A stretch of DNA of 64,000 nucleotides. Source: Brevibacterium sp. GTDB lineage: Bacteria > Actinomycetota > Actinomycetes > Actinomycetales > Brevibacteriaceae. Made by a program: the position numbers and the translations under genes. The DNA lies in the NCBI RefSeq assembly GCF_031179145.1, contig NZ_JAPSIB010000001.1, positions 154,853 to 218,852 of the forward strand, given 5' to 3'. Under the pieces are notes generated by a model. It was not told where the DNA came from and did not search any database. It was given only the letters and a program-made list of their open reading frames with translations. Positions 36,879-51,321 of this stretch are shown here, piece by piece; positions within the stretch are counted from its first letter, which is position 1, and each line of letters starts with the position of its first letter.

Positions 36879-37666
36879 CAACGCGCGGAGCCCGGACGGG
36901 CGCCACCCTTGACGCCGTCGACGAGCGGGGGGCCAAGGCCGCACTGATCGGCTACCTGCCCGTCGGCTTCCCCTCAGTCGAGGGATCGATCGAGGCGATG
37001 GTCGAACTCGTGCGCTCCGGCGCCGACATCGTCGAGGTGGGGATGCCCTACTCCGACCCCGGCATGGACGGTCCCGTCATCCAGCACGCCGTCGAGCGCG
37101 GCCTCGAGAACGGCGTCCGGACCAAGGACGTGTTCACCGCCGTGTCCGCCATCACCGAGGCGGGGGGAACCGCCGTCGTGATGAGCTACTGGAACCTCGT
37201 CCTGCAGTACGGCGTCGACGCCTTCGCCCGTGACCTCGACTCCGCCGGCGGAGCCGGGATCATCACCCCCGACCTGATTCCTGATGAGGCTCATGACTGG
37301 CTGGCCGCCTCGGATGCCTACGACCTCGACCGCATCTTCCTCGCCGCCCCTTCGTCGACGCCGGAGCGGATCGCCACGATCGTCGAGGCCAGCCGCGGAT
37401 TCGTCTACGCCGCCTCGACCATGGGAGTGACCGGAGTCCGGTCCGAAGTCGACGACCACGCCCGGGATCTGGTCTCCCGGCTCAAAGAAGCCGGAGCCGC
37501 GCGTGCCTGCGTGGGCCTCGGCGTCTCCACCCGGGAACAGGCCGCCGAGGTCGCCGAGTACTCCGACGGCGTCATCGTCGGCTCCGCCCTCGTCAGGGCG
37601 CTCGAGGGCGGCGGCGTGAGAGAGCTCGCGGCGCTGACCGAGCAGCTCGCCGAGGGCTGTGCATGA
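36875..37666 (+). CDS. trpA: Tryptophan synthase alpha chain
   Basis: [40 protein letters not shown]. Confidence 0.97.
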   Translation: MTTRGARTGATLDAVDERGAKAALIGYLPVGFPSVEGSIEAMVELVRSGADIVEVGMPYSDPGMDGPVIQHAVERGLENGVRTKDVFTAVSAITEAGGTAVVMSYWNLVLQYGVDAFARDLDSAGGAGIITPDLIPDEAHDWLAASDAYDLDRIFLAAPSSTPERIATIVEASRGFVYAASTMGVTGVRSEVDDHARDLVSRLKEAGAARACVGLGVSTREQAAEVAEYSDGVIVGSALVRALEGGGVRELAALTEQLAEGCA

Positions 37667-38787
37667 GAGATCACCTCGCCGCGATCCCTTCTCCCGCATG
37701 GAGCGGTTTCAGCATCGGACCGTTGACGATCCACGCCTACGCCCTCTGCATCCTCACCGGCATCGTCCTCGCCCTGTGGCTGACCTCCAGGCGGTGGCGG
37801 TCGTTGGGCGGACACGAGGACGACCTGTGGAACATCGCGATCATCACGGTTCCGGCCGGGATCATCGGCGGACGGATCTACCACGTCTTCTCCACCCCGG
37901 ACCCGTACTTCGGTCCCGGCGGCAATCCGATCGACGCGTTGAAGATCTGGAACGGGGGACTCGGCATCTGGGGCGCGGTGGCCCTGGGAATGCTCGCTGC
38001 CTGGGCGTGCGCCCGCTATCAGGGGATCCGGATCCTGCCGTTCCTCGACGCCGCGGCTCCCGGGCTCATCCTCGCCCAAGCGGTGGGCCGCTGGGGCAAC
38101 TGGTTCAACCAGGAGCTCTTCGGCGCCCCCACCACGCTGCCGTGGGGGCTGCAGATCGACAAGTTCAGGGACGGGGCGCCCAACCCCAACTGGCCCGACC
38201 ACTCCCTGCCCGCCGACACACTGTTCCACCCGACGTTCCTCTACGAGTCGGTCTGGAACCTCGTCGGCTGCCTCATCCTCATCGCCGCGGCGAAGAGGTT
38301 CCGACTCGGGCACGGACAGGTCTTCGCCCTCTACATCTGCTACTACACCCTCGGGCGCGTGTGGATCGAGGCCCTGCGCATCGATGATGCGGAGCTCGTC
38401 CTCGGACTGCGTCTGAACATCTGGACGTCGATCCTCGTGTTCGCCGTCGGCCTGGTCTGGTTCATCGCCTCGCGCCGCCGGCACAGGGAGCCCGAGACCG
38501 ACGTCTACCTCCCCGGTGCCCGCGCCCTCGCCGGACGCGACGACGACGCCTCCGGCGGCGACTATGCCGGCCCGGCCTCGCCGGGTCGCGGACCGGATGC
38601 GGGCACCGGCTCACCCGAACCCGGGTCGACCGGGGCTGTCGAGGCGCGAGCCGATGACCGCCGGAAGTCCGACGAGGGGGACGAGCGGCGCGGATTCGGG
38701 TTCTTCGGGGCCGTCACCTCGGCGATCTCGATCATCCCCGACGTCGCGAACAAGGGCCGGTCGAACCGCGACGATCGCCGCCGCTGA
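37663..38787 (+). CDS. lgt: Prolipoprotein diacylglyceryl transferase with long C-terminal tail
   Basis: IHAYALCI, GGRIYHV, IWNGGLGIWG, GRWGNWFNQELFG, FHPTFLYES. Confidence 0.96.
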   Translation: MRDHLAAIPSPAWSGFSIGPLTIHAYALCILTGIVLALWLTSRRWRSLGGHEDDLWNIAIITVPAGIIGGRIYHVFSTPDPYFGPGGNPIDALKIWNGGLGIWGAVALGMLAAWACARYQGIRILPFLDAAAPGLILAQAVGRWGNWFNQELFGAPTTLPWGLQIDKFRDGAPNPNWPDHSLPADTLFHPTFLYESVWNLVGCLILIAAAKRFRLGHGQVFALYICYYTLGRVWIEALRIDDAELVLGLRLNIWTSILVFAVGLVWFIASRRRHREPETDVYLPGARALAGRDDDASGGDYAGPASPGRGPDAGTGSPEPGSTGAVEARADDRRKSDEGDERRGFGFFGAVTSAISIIPDVANKGRSNRDDRRR

Positions 38788-38923
38788 GGGCCGGTCGCGG
38801 CGTGCCGGCCACCGCTTCTGAGGGCCGTCCGCCAGGCGCAAGCCACCGCTTCTGAGGGCCGGCCGACAGGCGCAAGCCACCGCTTCTGAGGGCCGGCCGA
38901 CAGGCGCAAGCCACCGCTTCTGA
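38777..38923. repeat. 34-bp tandem repeat (gccaccgcttctgagggccggccgacaggcgcaa), ~3.4 copies plus a degenerate first copy spanning the lgt stop
   Basis: Units start at 38808, 38842, 38876 and 38910; units 2 and 3 identical. Confidence 0.95.
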
Positions 38924-39127
38924 CCTGGGGTTTCCCACACGCTGAGACGCTTTGGTCCGCAAATCGGTCCTTTTCGGGTTCGGTGTCCCGTGCCTCATCG
39001 GTGTAAGTTGAGAAGCCGACAGTGAGAACCACGTCACTTCTGCGTCGCTGGACGATCTCCGCACGACGCTTCTCGACAACCAGGACAGCGTCGTCTTCTG
39101 GAAGAACCGACTATGTGAAGGCAGCCG

Positions 39128-43736
<4,609 letters not shown>

Positions 43737-43744
<8 letters not shown>

Positions 43745-45176
43745 TCCGCGCGGTTTCTTGAAGGTGCCGACCCGGGAGCTCCCGGCCCGTCGTCCCGTCC
43801 CCATCCGACTGCTCGACTATCGCGAGGTCTATGAAGCCGGCGACGGCGAGCAGCTGCGCCGTCAGGCCTCGCGCTGCATGGACTGCGGCATCCCGTTCTG
43901 CCATCAGGGCTGCCCGCTGGGCAATCTCATCCCCGAGTTCAACGACGCGATGTACCGCGGTGAGCTCGCCCGTGCCGTCGACATCCTCCATGCGACGAAC
44001 AACTTCCCCGAATTCACCGGCCGCGCGTGCCCGGCGCCGTGCGAGAACGCCTGCGTGCTCGGCATCAACCAGCCCGCGGTGACGATCAAACAGGTCGAGG
44101 TGAGCATCGTCGACCAGGGCTTCGAGGCGGGACTCATCCAACCGGTGATCCCTGACCGCATCACCGGGCACACGGTCGCCGTGGTCGGATCGGGTCCGGC
44201 GGGCCTCGCCGCCGCCCAGCAGCTCACCCGCGCGGGGCACACCGTCGTCGTGTTCGAACGCGAGGACCGGATCGGGGGTCTGCTGCGCTACGGCATCCCG
44301 GACTTCAAACTCGAGAAGCACCACATCGACCGCAGACTGGAGCAGATGCGCGCCGAGGGCACCCGGTTCGAAACCTCCGTCGCGATCGGCACCGACATCT
44401 CGTTCGACGAACTGCGGGCCCGGTTCGACGCCGTTGTCCTGTGCACGGGAGCGACCGTGCCCCGTGACATGGATCTGCCGGGCCGTGAGCTGAAGGGCAT
44501 CGAGTTCGCGATGGATTACCTCGTCCCATCCAACCGGGCCCAGGCCGGTGACGACGTCGACCTCATCGATGCCGAGGGCAAGCACGTCATCATCATCGGC
44601 GGCGGTGACACCGGGGCCGACTGCCTGGGCACCGCCTTGCGGCAGCAGGCCGCGAGCGTGACGACCCTGGCCATCGGCGAGCAGCCTCCCGCCGACCGGC
44701 CGGCCGAACAACCGTGGCCCACGGTGCCGCGCATCTTCGAGGTCCAGTCCTCCCACGAGGAGGGCGGCACGAGACGGTACCTGTCGTCGACGATCGGCTT
44801 CGAATCCGGCGCCGAGGGCCGGGTCACCGGTCTGCGGCTGTCGCGGACCCAGTTCGTCGACGGGGCGCGGATCCCGACCCCGGGGACCGAGCACACCCTC
44901 CCGGCCGATCTCGTGCTCCTCGCCCTGGGATTCTCCGGACCGGAGACGCAGGACTTCGAGCTCGACACCGACCGGGGTCGGTTCACGCGCTCGGGCGACT
45001 ACTCCGCCACTGCGCCGGGAACCTTCGTCGCCGGAGACGCCGGTCGCGGACAGTCGCTCATCGTCTGGGCGATCGCCGAGGGCCGGGCCGCGGCGGCCGA
45101 GGTCGACGAGTACCTGATGGGGTCGACGCGCCTGCCGAGGCCGGTCGAACCGACAGCCGCAGCGTTCAAGTGTTAG
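43737..45176 (+). CDS. gltD: Glutamate synthase small subunit
   Basis: RCMDCGIPFCHQGCPLGNLIP, GSGPAG, IGGGDTGADC, GDAGRGQSLIVWAI. Confidence 0.98.
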
Positions 45177-45186
45177 ACTGGGCATA

Positions 45187-45218
45187 CCGCTCTACGGAAA
45201 TACTTTTCCGTATCGCGG
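45187..45218. promoter_or_regulatory. AT-rich palindrome TACGGAAA-tact-TTTCCGTA (operator or hairpin) between gltD and pyk
   Basis: Perfect 8-4-8 inverted repeat at 45193-45212, extended by CCGC/GCGG. Confidence 0.5.
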
Positions 45219-45275
45219 ATACTATGTCCAAGACGAACGACCGGCCTCGGCGCTGAAGCCGAGTCGCGGTCCAGG

Positions 45276-45281
45276 TAGGGT
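45276..45281 (+). promoter_or_regulatory. -10 box TAGGGT, probable leaderless pyk promoter
   Basis: 7 nt before ATG 45289. Confidence 0.6.
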
Positions 45282-45288
45282 GGTGTGC

Positions 45289-46827
45289 ATGAGGCGTGCG
45301 AAGATTGTTGCAACTTTAGGTCCGAATCAGAACTCCTATGAAGAGATCCGTGCCCTGGTCGACGAGGGGGTGGACGTCGCCCGGTTCAACCTCAGCCACG
45401 GGGATCGTGCGGAGCACGAGGAGAAACTCGCCTGGGTCCGCCGCGCGGCCGCCGACACCGGTCGCGCCGTGGCCGTCCTCCTTGACCTGCAGGGTCCGAA
45501 GATCCGGGTCGGGCGATTCGCCAACGGGCGGGAGGAGCTCGTCGAAGGCGCCACGTTCACCATCACGAGCCGCGACGTCCCCGGCACCTCCGAGATCGTC
45601 AGCACGACGCTGTCGACCCTGCCGGGAGACGTCTCCGTCGGTGATCCGCTGCTCATCGACGACGGCCGTCTGCGCCTGCGAGCGACAGAGGTCACCGAGA
45701 CCGACGTCGTCACCGAGGTCGAGATCGGCGGACCGATCTCGAACAACAAGGGCATCAACCTCCCCGGCGTTCCGGTCTCCGTTCCGGCGCTGTCGGAGAA
45801 GGACGTCGAAGACCTCAAGTGGGGCCTGCGCCTCGGTTTCGACTGGGTGGCGCTGTCGTTCGTCCGCAGCCCCGAGGATGCGGCCGACGTCCACGCGATC
45901 ATGCGCGAGGTCGGCGTCAGCGCTCCGATCATCGCGAAGCTCGAGAAGCCCCAGGCCGTCGACCAGCTGGCGGAGATCATCGACGCCTTCGACGGGATCA
46001 TGGTCGCCCGCGGCGACCTCGGCGTCGAGCTGCCGCTCGAGCAGGTGCCGATCGTGCAGAAGCGCGCGGTCGAGCTCGCCCGCCGGCAGGCCAAGCCCGT
46101 CATCGTCGCCACCCAGATGCTCGAGACGATGATCGACAACGCCCGGCCCACTCGCGCTGAGGCCAGTGACTGCGCCAACGCCGTCCTCGACGGTGCCGAT
46201 GCGCTCATGCTCTCCGGCGAGACCTCTGTCGGTGCGCATTGGATGGAAGCGATCCGGACGATGAGCCGGATCATCGAATCGACCGAGGTCCACGGGCTCG
46301 ATCGCATCCCCCCGCTGGGGACCGTTCCCCACACCAAGGGCGGGGCCGTCACCGCCGCGGCCGTGCGCATCGCCGAGCAGCTCGACATCGATCTCCTGTG
46401 CACGTTCTCCCAGACCGGCGACTCGGTGCGCCGGATGGCCAGGCTGCGCCCGGTGTGGCCGATCCTCGGCTTCACCCCCGATGCGCAGGTCCGCCACCAG
46501 TTGGCGCTGACCTGGGGAGTGCGCCCCTACCTCGTCAAGACGGTGCGCCACACGGACCAGATGGCCCGGCAGGTCGACGCCGTGCTGCTCGCCGACGGCA
46601 CCGCCCGCGAAGGCGATCAGAGCATCATCGTCGCCGGTTCCCCTCCCGGGATCCCGGGGTCGACGAACGCCCTGCGCATCCACACGATGGGGGATGCCGC
46701 GAAGGGTGTGGCCGCGGCCTACGAGGACGACTCGGACAATGACGAGGACCCCTTGGCCGGTTACGGCATCGTCCCAGAATCGGCGGCGACCAACGAGATC
46801 CCCGTCGTCCCGGACTCCGGGCGCTGA
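45289..46827 (+). CDS. pyk: Pyruvate kinase with acidic C-terminal tail
   Basis: MRRAKIVATLGP, ARFNLSHG, DLQGPKIRVG, IIAKLEKPQAV, MVARGDLGVE, MLSGETSVG. Confidence 0.98.
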   Translation: MRRAKIVATLGPNQNSYEEIRALVDEGVDVARFNLSHGDRAEHEEKLAWVRRAAADTGRAVAVLLDLQGPKIRVGRFANGREELVEGATFTITSRDVPGTSEIVSTTLSTLPGDVSVGDPLLIDDGRLRLRATEVTETDVVTEVEIGGPISNNKGINLPGVPVSVPALSEKDVEDLKWGLRLGFDWVALSFVRSPEDAADVHAIMREVGVSAPIIAKLEKPQAVDQLAEIIDAFDGIMVARGDLGVELPLEQVPIVQKRAVELARRQAKPVIVATQMLETMIDNARPTRAEASDCANAVLDGADALMLSGETSVGAHWMEAIRTMSRIIESTEVHGLDRIPPLGTVPHTKGGAVTAAAVRIAEQLDIDLLCTFSQTGDSVRRMARLRPVWPILGFTPDAQVRHQLALTWGVRPYLVKTVRHTDQMARQVDAVLLADGTAREGDQSIIVAGSPPGIPGSTNALRIHTMGDAAKGVAAAYEDDSDNDEDPLAGYGIVPESAATNEIPVVPDSGR

Positions 46828-46892
46828 GTGCGCCTGAACCCTGAGCGGGAACGCGCTCACGGTTCTGCTCAACACCGATAGACCACCCACTT

Positions 46893-46928
46893 CACCGGCG
46901 GTCGCCCCGGAAGGGGCGGCCGCCGGTG
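46893..46928 (+). terminator. GC-rich hairpin, probable pyk terminator
   Basis: CACCGGCGGTCGCCCC-GGAA-GGGGCGGCCGCCGGTG, 16-bp stem with one G-U pair. Confidence 0.7.
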
Positions 46929-47012
46929 GCGTATCAGTGCGACATTCGTCACTCCGACTTGCGGAATTTCCCGGATTGCTCAACAGTTGTGTGGGTTGTG
47001 GAAAGGACATTC

Positions 47013-48446
47013 ATGCGTTTACCCAAATGGAGCAGATCATTCGGAGTGCAGGTCACGATCGCACTCATCGCCGGAGTGGTGCTGGGCCTCATCGCCCGGT
47101 CGATCGGGCCCGTCAGTGAGGAGACCGACAACTGGCTCGGGCAGACCCTCGCGACGATCGGCGATTCGTACGTCACCCTGCTCAAAGCCGCGGTCGTTCC
47201 GCTCATCATCACGGCGATCATCGCCAGCATCGGCAACCTGCGGCGGGTGACGAACGCCGCCCGGCTGGCCGGCTCCACGCTGCTGTGGTTCGCCTTCACG
47301 GCGCTCATCGCCGTCATCATCGGCCTTCTCCTCGGCGTCGTCATGCAGCCCGGCGCCCACGCCGACACGGCGTCGCTGAGCGGCGCTGCACCCTCGCAGG
47401 AGGGCAGCTGGATCGCGTTCCTCACCGGGCTCATCCCCGCGAATGTCCTCGGCCTCGAGGTCGAGACCGGACAGGAGGCGGGCGGCCTCGTCTCCGAGGT
47501 CAACTTCAACGTCCTCCAGCTCATCATCGTCTCCGGTGCCATCGGCATCGCCGCCGTCAAGGTCGGCAAAGCGGCCGAACCCTTCCTCGAGTTCGTCGAG
47601 GCGGCCCTGGCCGTCGTGCAGAAGGTCGTGTGGTGGATCGTGCGCATCGCCCCGATCGGCACCCTCGGCCTGATCGGCAACGCCGTCAACTCCTACGGCT
47701 GGTCCACGATGGGTTCCCTGATGTGGTTCGTCGTCGCCGTCTACCTCGGCCTCGCGCTCGTCTTCTTCGTCGTCTACCCGAGCCTGGCCAAACTCAACGG
47801 CCTCTCGGCCCGGCAGTACTTCTCCGGCGTCTGGCCCGCTGCGCAGCTGGGATTCGTGTCCCGGTCCTCGATCGGCACGATGCCGGTGACGCAGAAGGTC
47901 GCCACCGACAACTTCGGCGTCCCGTCGGGCTATGCCGCCTTCGCCGTGCCCTTCGGTGCGACGACGAAGATGGACGGCTGCGCCGCCATCTACCCGGCCA
48001 TCGCCGCGGTGTTCGTCGCGCAGTTCTTCGGCATCGACCTGGGCCCGGTGCAGTACTTCCTCATCGTCTTCGTCTCCGTCATCGGCTCCGCCGCGACGGC
48101 CGGCACGACCGGGGCGACGGTGATGCTCACCCTCACCCTGTCGACGCTGGGCCTTCCGCTCGAGGGCGTCGGACTGCTGCTGGCCATCGAGCCGATCGTC
48201 GACATGGGCCGCACCGCGCTCAACGTCACCGGTCAGGCCCTGGTGCCCGCGATCGTCGCCAAGCGCCACGGCATCCTCGACGTCGACCGCTATCACTCCC
48301 GCCGCATCGACGGCTACGTCCCGGTCGAGGAGACCGGCGTGGTCGACGCCGAGGCGGTCGCCGACGACGAGTCGATCGCCGCGTCGATCGCCGAGTCGGC
48401 CGAGCCCGCCGACGACGGATCACCGGCGCCGGCGAGCCGCAGGTGA
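47013..48446 (+). CDS. Dicarboxylate/amino acid:cation symporter (DAACS family)
   Basis: Multi-TM; FVSRSSIGTMPVT, PFGATTKMDG.AIY, GSAATAG, EPIVDMGRTALNVTG; ATG after GAAAGGA. Confidence 0.93.
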   Translation: MRLPKWSRSFGVQVTIALIAGVVLGLIARSIGPVSEETDNWLGQTLATIGDSYVTLLKAAVVPLIITAIIASIGNLRRVTNAARLAGSTLLWFAFTALIAVIIGLLLGVVMQPGAHADTASLSGAAPSQEGSWIAFLTGLIPANVLGLEVETGQEAGGLVSEVNFNVLQLIIVSGAIGIAAVKVGKAAEPFLEFVEAALAVVQKVVWWIVRIAPIGTLGLIGNAVNSYGWSTMGSLMWFVVAVYLGLALVFFVVYPSLAKLNGLSARQYFSGVWPAAQLGFVSRSSIGTMPVTQKVATDNFGVPSGYAAFAVPFGATTKMDGCAAIYPAIAAVFVAQFFGIDLGPVQYFLIVFVSVIGSAATAGTTGATVMLTLTLSTLGLPLEGVGLLLAIEPIVDMGRTALNVTGQALVPAIVAKRHGILDVDRYHSRRIDGYVPVEETGVVDAEAVADDESIAASIAESAEPADDGSPAPASRR

Positions 48447-48537
48447 GCCACGTCCGAGTCGCTCGCGCGGGCGAGCCGCCTGCACGGTCGAATGGGCGCA
48501 CGTGAGCCGCATGCACGGCTGAACTTGCGCTGATCAC

Positions 48538-48600
48538 CGAAGGACCCCGAACGTCGAGTTCGGGGTCCTTCGCGTACTCGGACGGTTCGGGGCCCTTCGC
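48538..48600. terminator. Bidirectional terminator between convergent DAACS and regulator genes, with a duplicated right arm
   Basis: Perfect 15-bp stem 48538-48552/48558-48572; second right-arm copy at 48585-48600. Confidence 0.75.
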
Positions 48601-48629
48601 CTCCTGCCACGGCCTTCTCCGCCGCGGGC

Positions 48630-49247
48630 TCACAGCCAGCCGCGGTCGCGGGCGATGGTCGCCGCCTCCGTCCGCGTCGTCGCGTGGACCTTCCCGATCG
48701 CCGAGGACAGATGGTTGCGCACCGTCCCGGGCGACAGGAACAGTGACTTCGCGATCTGTCTCACCGGTGACCCGTCGAGGGCGCTGCGCAGGATCTGGCG
48801 CTCACGTTCGGTGAGCGGATTCTGTCCGGCCGACAGGGACTCGGTGAGCAGTTCGGGGTCGAAGGCCGGGGACCCGGAATGGACCCGGCGGACCGCCTCG
48901 GCGAGCTCTTCGGCCGGGGTGTCCTTGACGACGAATCCGCGCACTCCGGCCTCCAGCGCCCGCCGGAGGTACCCCGCCCGCCCGAAGGTGGTGACGATGA
49001 GCACCGCGCACTCGGGCCGGGTCTCGCGCAGGGTTTCGGCGGCCGTGAGACCGTCCACCTCGGGCATCTCGATGTCGAGGACCGCGACGTCGACGGCGTG
49101 CTCCGTGACAGCCTCGGCGACGCCCGCTCCCGAGTCGAGCTGGCACACGACCGAGATGTCGGGTTCGAGGTCGAGGAGGGCTGCCAGTCCGCCGCGGATC
49201 AGCGCCTGGTCATCGGCGAGGAGCACCCGGATGACGTCACTGCCCAA
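48630..49247 (-). CDS. NarL/DesR-family response regulator
   Basis: IRVLLADDQ, VLDIEMP, IVTTFGR, GFVVKD, LTERE...LSPGTVRNHLS LuxR HTH; probable TTG start after GGAGG. Confidence 0.93.
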   Translation of the reverse strand: MGSDVIRVLLADDQALIRGGLAALLDLEPDISVVCQLDSGAGVAEAVTEHAVDVAVLDIEMPEVDGLTAAETLRETRPECAVLIVTTFGRAGYLRRALEAGVRGFVVKDTPAEELAEAVRRVHSGSPAFDPELLTESLSAGQNPLTERERQILRSALDGSPVRQIAKSLFLSPGTVRNHLSSAIGKVHATTRTEAATIARDRGWL

Positions 49248-50451
49248 AGGCCACCTCCACACGAGTGCCCGGCCGTGTCCGGCCGGGGTCGGCATCGGTC
49301 ACCCGGAGGTTCGCCGAGGCGGCCCGGGCGCGAGCCGACATGCCGGGGATCCCATGGCCGTCCCGACCGAGTGCTCCGCCGACCCCGTCGTCGACGACGA
49401 CGAGGCGGTCGGGGTCGACGTCGATGCACACCCGCGTCGCCCGGGAATGGCGGATGATGTTGGTCACGGCCTCCCGCAGGCACGCGGCGAAGACCGCGTC
49501 CTTCTCTGGAGTCAGGGAGCTCAGGGCGGTCGCGGTTGGGAGCTCGGTCGCGATGTCGGCGGCCCGCAGGGCGCGGGCGGCAGCGGCGAGCTGCTCGTCG
49601 AGGGTCAGCGGGTCCGCATCCTCGCCGACCCGGTTGACCACGGACCGGGCTTCGGAGATCGAGGCGGCGATGAGTTCGTGGACCTCGTCGAGCTCGGCTT
49701 CGGCCCGGGCAGGTTCGGTGCGGATCAGTCGCCTGGCCAACTGCACCTTGACGCTCATCAGGGTCAGGGAGTGGCCGAGCGCATCGTGGACCTCCCGCCC
49801 GAATGCCTCGCGCTGCGCGGTCAGAGCCAGCTGCTCCTTGAGACCGCGTGTGCGGTCCTCGCGACCGCTGGCATAGCGGACGGCGAGGATGAAGCAGACC
49901 GAGACGACGAGCGGGATGAACGCCCAGGTGCGGTCTTCGGCGGGAGCGTAGAACCAGACGAGGACGAGGCCCAGGAGCACTACGCCGGCGGTCCCGGTGA
50001 TCCCGACGGACCAATCATGACGGAACAGCCACAGGGCGCAGAGGAACGGCGCGGTGAGGACGATGTCGGTGCCGATCGACGGGACGCCTGCGACCAGGAC
50101 GCCGAGCAGCACGCACTGGTAGAGCAGGGTATTGGCCCAGCGGGGGAGCATCGGGAGCGGACGCGTGTGGATGAACGCGACGAGGTAGATGACACAGAAG
50201 ACGAGGAGCGCCGCGATCCCGAGCGTCTTCGTGCCCGGACCGAAGTCGGGCGACTGGAGGAGCTGCCAGGCGGGAAACGTGAGGAAGAACAGCCAGATCC
50301 CGGCCATGAGCAGGGTCTCCACCCGCTGCTCACGCGGGAGCACATCCGGGTAGGCGTCGCCGAGTCCGCTGGGCCGGCGCTGGTGCGGTTTCGCCTCCGG
50401 GCTGTCTCCGGCGTCGCGGCGGGGGAGGGGACCACCATCGTGGCTGTTCAT
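49237..50451 (-). CDS. DesK-type (HisKA_3) sensor histidine kinase
   Basis: About 5 TMs; REVHDALGHSLT H-box, REAVTNIIRHS, DDGVG, GHGIPGM. Confidence 0.93.
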   Translation of the reverse strand: MNSHDGGPLPRRDAGDSPEAKPHQRRPSGLGDAYPDVLPREQRVETLLMAGIWLFFLTFPAWQLLQSPDFGPGTKTLGIAALLVFCVIYLVAFIHTRPLPMLPRWANTLLYQCVLLGVLVAGVPSIGTDIVLTAPFLCALWLFRHDWSVGITGTAGVVLLGLVLVWFYAPAEDRTWAFIPLVVSVCFILAVRYASGREDRTRGLKEQLALTAQREAFGREVHDALGHSLTLMSVKVQLARRLIRTEPARAEAELDEVHELIAASISEARSVVNRVGEDADPLTLDEQLAAAARALRAADIATELPTATALSSLTPEKDAVFAACLREAVTNIIRHSRATRVCIDVDPDRLVVVDDGVGGALGRDGHGIPGMSARARAASANLRVTDADPGRTRPGTRVEVAFGQ

Positions 50452-50505
50452 CGTGGTCCCCTCCTCTCGGCGCTCACTCACCCCGGCTCTCATCGGCGAC
50501 CCTGC

Positions 50506-51321
50506 TCACCGGGCGGTCCGGCGTCGCGCCGCCAGCCAGCAGATCGCGGCGAAGACGACGGTCCAGACGACTACGTTCATGATAACGGCGGCGAGAGAGT
50601 CCGGGGCGGGCACCTCGGCGCCCATCGGGATCGAGTGACCCTCCATCTGCGGCCAGCGGGCCAGGGTGGTCGCGCCGTAGACGGGGGTGAAGCGGGCGAT
50701 CTCGAGCATCGTTCCCTGCAGGGGCATGAACAGATTGCCGAAGAAGGCGAGCAGGACGAGCAGGCCGCTGGCCACGGAGACGGCGGCCTCGGAGCGGAAC
50801 AGCAGCGCGGAGGCCAGCCCGTAGAGGGCGAACGGCAGCGAACCGAGCAGAACGAGGGCGCCGGTGGCGGGCCAGGTCCAGCCGGCGTCGAATTCGGCGC
50901 CGGTCAGGGCTCCGACGGCGAAGACGGCGATGACGGGGGTGACCGACATGAGCAGCCCCACAGCGGTCTTGCCCGCCATGTACATCCCGTTGCTCAGGGC
51001 GGTCAGGCCCAGCTGCCGGCCCCATCCCTGCTGGCGCTCGACCGCGGCCGAGCCGGAGACCGCGGTCATCGCGGTGATGGCGCCGTAGACGGCCATCGAG
51101 GTCATCACGAAGGCGCTGCCGTTCCCGGACCCCAGGGGTTCGTCGCTGAGGCCCGAGGTGGCGCCGAAGATCAGGTACATGCCCAGCGGCAGGAAGACGA
51201 TGAAGAAGGTGGCGGAGAACATCCGCACGGTGCGCAGGAAGTCCCAGCCGATGAAGCCGGTGAGGCGGGCGGACCCGGAGCGGGTCCGCGGTCCGGCGGG
51301 AGTGGCGGTGACGGTGGTCAT
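50506..51321 (-). CDS. ABC-2 type exporter permease
   Basis: Six TMs; AVERQQGW.RQL.LT.L, FFGNLFMPL, RFTPVY. Confidence 0.9.
   Translation of the reverse strand: MTTVTATPAGPRTRSGSARLTGFIGWDFLRTVRMFSATFFIVFLPLGMYLIFGATSGLSDEPLGSGNGSAFVMTSMAVYGAITAMTAVSGSAAVERQQGWGRQLGLTALSNGMYMAGKTAVGLLMSVTPVIAVFAVGALTGAEFDAGWTWPATGALVLLGSLPFALYGLASALLFRSEAAVSVASGLLVLLAFFGNLFMPLQGTMLEIARFTPVYGATTLARWPQMEGHSIPMGAEVPAPDSLAAVIMNVVVWTVVFAAICWLAARRRTAR

Noticed and set aside
38777-38923. Possible CRISPR array (34-bp repeats)
   Set aside because: Units are head-to-tail with no unique spacers, and there are no cas genes
38925-38950. GlnR box upstream of gltB
   Set aside because: Only one half-site (GTTTC) fits; the second half does not match
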